From the NCBI RefSeq assembly GCF_035285525.1, contig NZ_JAYKGW010000158.1, forward strand, positions 1 to 14,855: a stretch of DNA of 14,855 nt, given 5' to 3'. Shown here in pieces: positions 14,807 to 14,855 of this stretch (its first letter is position 1; the number at the start of each line of letters is the position of its first letter). The notes beneath the pieces are model-generated. The model was not told the DNA's origin and searched no databases. It was given only the letters and a program-made list of their open reading frames with translations. A program made the translations under genes and the position numbers. The DNA comes from Okeania sp. GTDB lineage: Bacteria > Cyanobacteriota > Cyanobacteriia > Cyanobacteriales > Microcoleaceae.

Positions 14807-14855
14807 TCACAAATTACCGATGACTCGTAAAATTCCCGAATAATTTTCGGCTTTT
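14807..14855 (-). pseudogene. Duplicated 5' fragment of the GTPase gene, cut by the window edge and ending in a premature stop before the P-loop
   Basis: 14817-14855 is 39/39 identical to 14622-14660. In the gene frame it reads KAENYSGILRVIG then N-L-stop (tga complement at 14807-14809) instead of DRAAGKT. Confidence 0.6.

Overview
AT-rich window that looks cyanobacterial, probably a filamentous Nostocales-type genome. Support: six HIP1 octamers (GCGATCGC at 2464, 3079, 4137, 8379, 10082, 14615), heptamer STRR-like tandem repeats, and intergenic regions packed with small nested inverted-repeat (MITE/SDR-like) elements. About two thirds is ordinary chromosome: a THUMP-domain RNA methyltransferase, a spermidine-synthase-like protein, Xaa-Pro aminopeptidase PepP, a small acidic membrane-anchored protein, a HAD (REG-2-like) hydrolase + type-2 NADH dehydrogenase operon, and an alpha/beta-hydrolase-fold protein whose catalytic triad looks degenerate. 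Accessory-looking content: a DUF433/DUF5615 (PIN-like) toxin-antitoxin pair, a truncated Uma2-endonuclease fragment, and the most interesting locus at the right end. That locus holds a 296-aa small TRAFAC-type GTPase (complete G1-G5) and, co-oriented downstream, a 715-aa uncharacterised protein with one transmembrane helix. The two are separated by a 588-bp spacer of modular repeats. Each gene is preceded by the same GGGGTTTGGTCTCC hairpin element. A perfect 39-bp duplicate of the GTPase 5' coding region sits at the window edge. I interpret this as a GTPase-centred two-gene module, possibly related to the computationally predicted and experimentally uncharacterised GAP1-type conflict systems. 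It may continue beyond the window. I saw no rRNA, tRNA or CRISPR array. All homology statements come from motif recognition by eye, not from searches.
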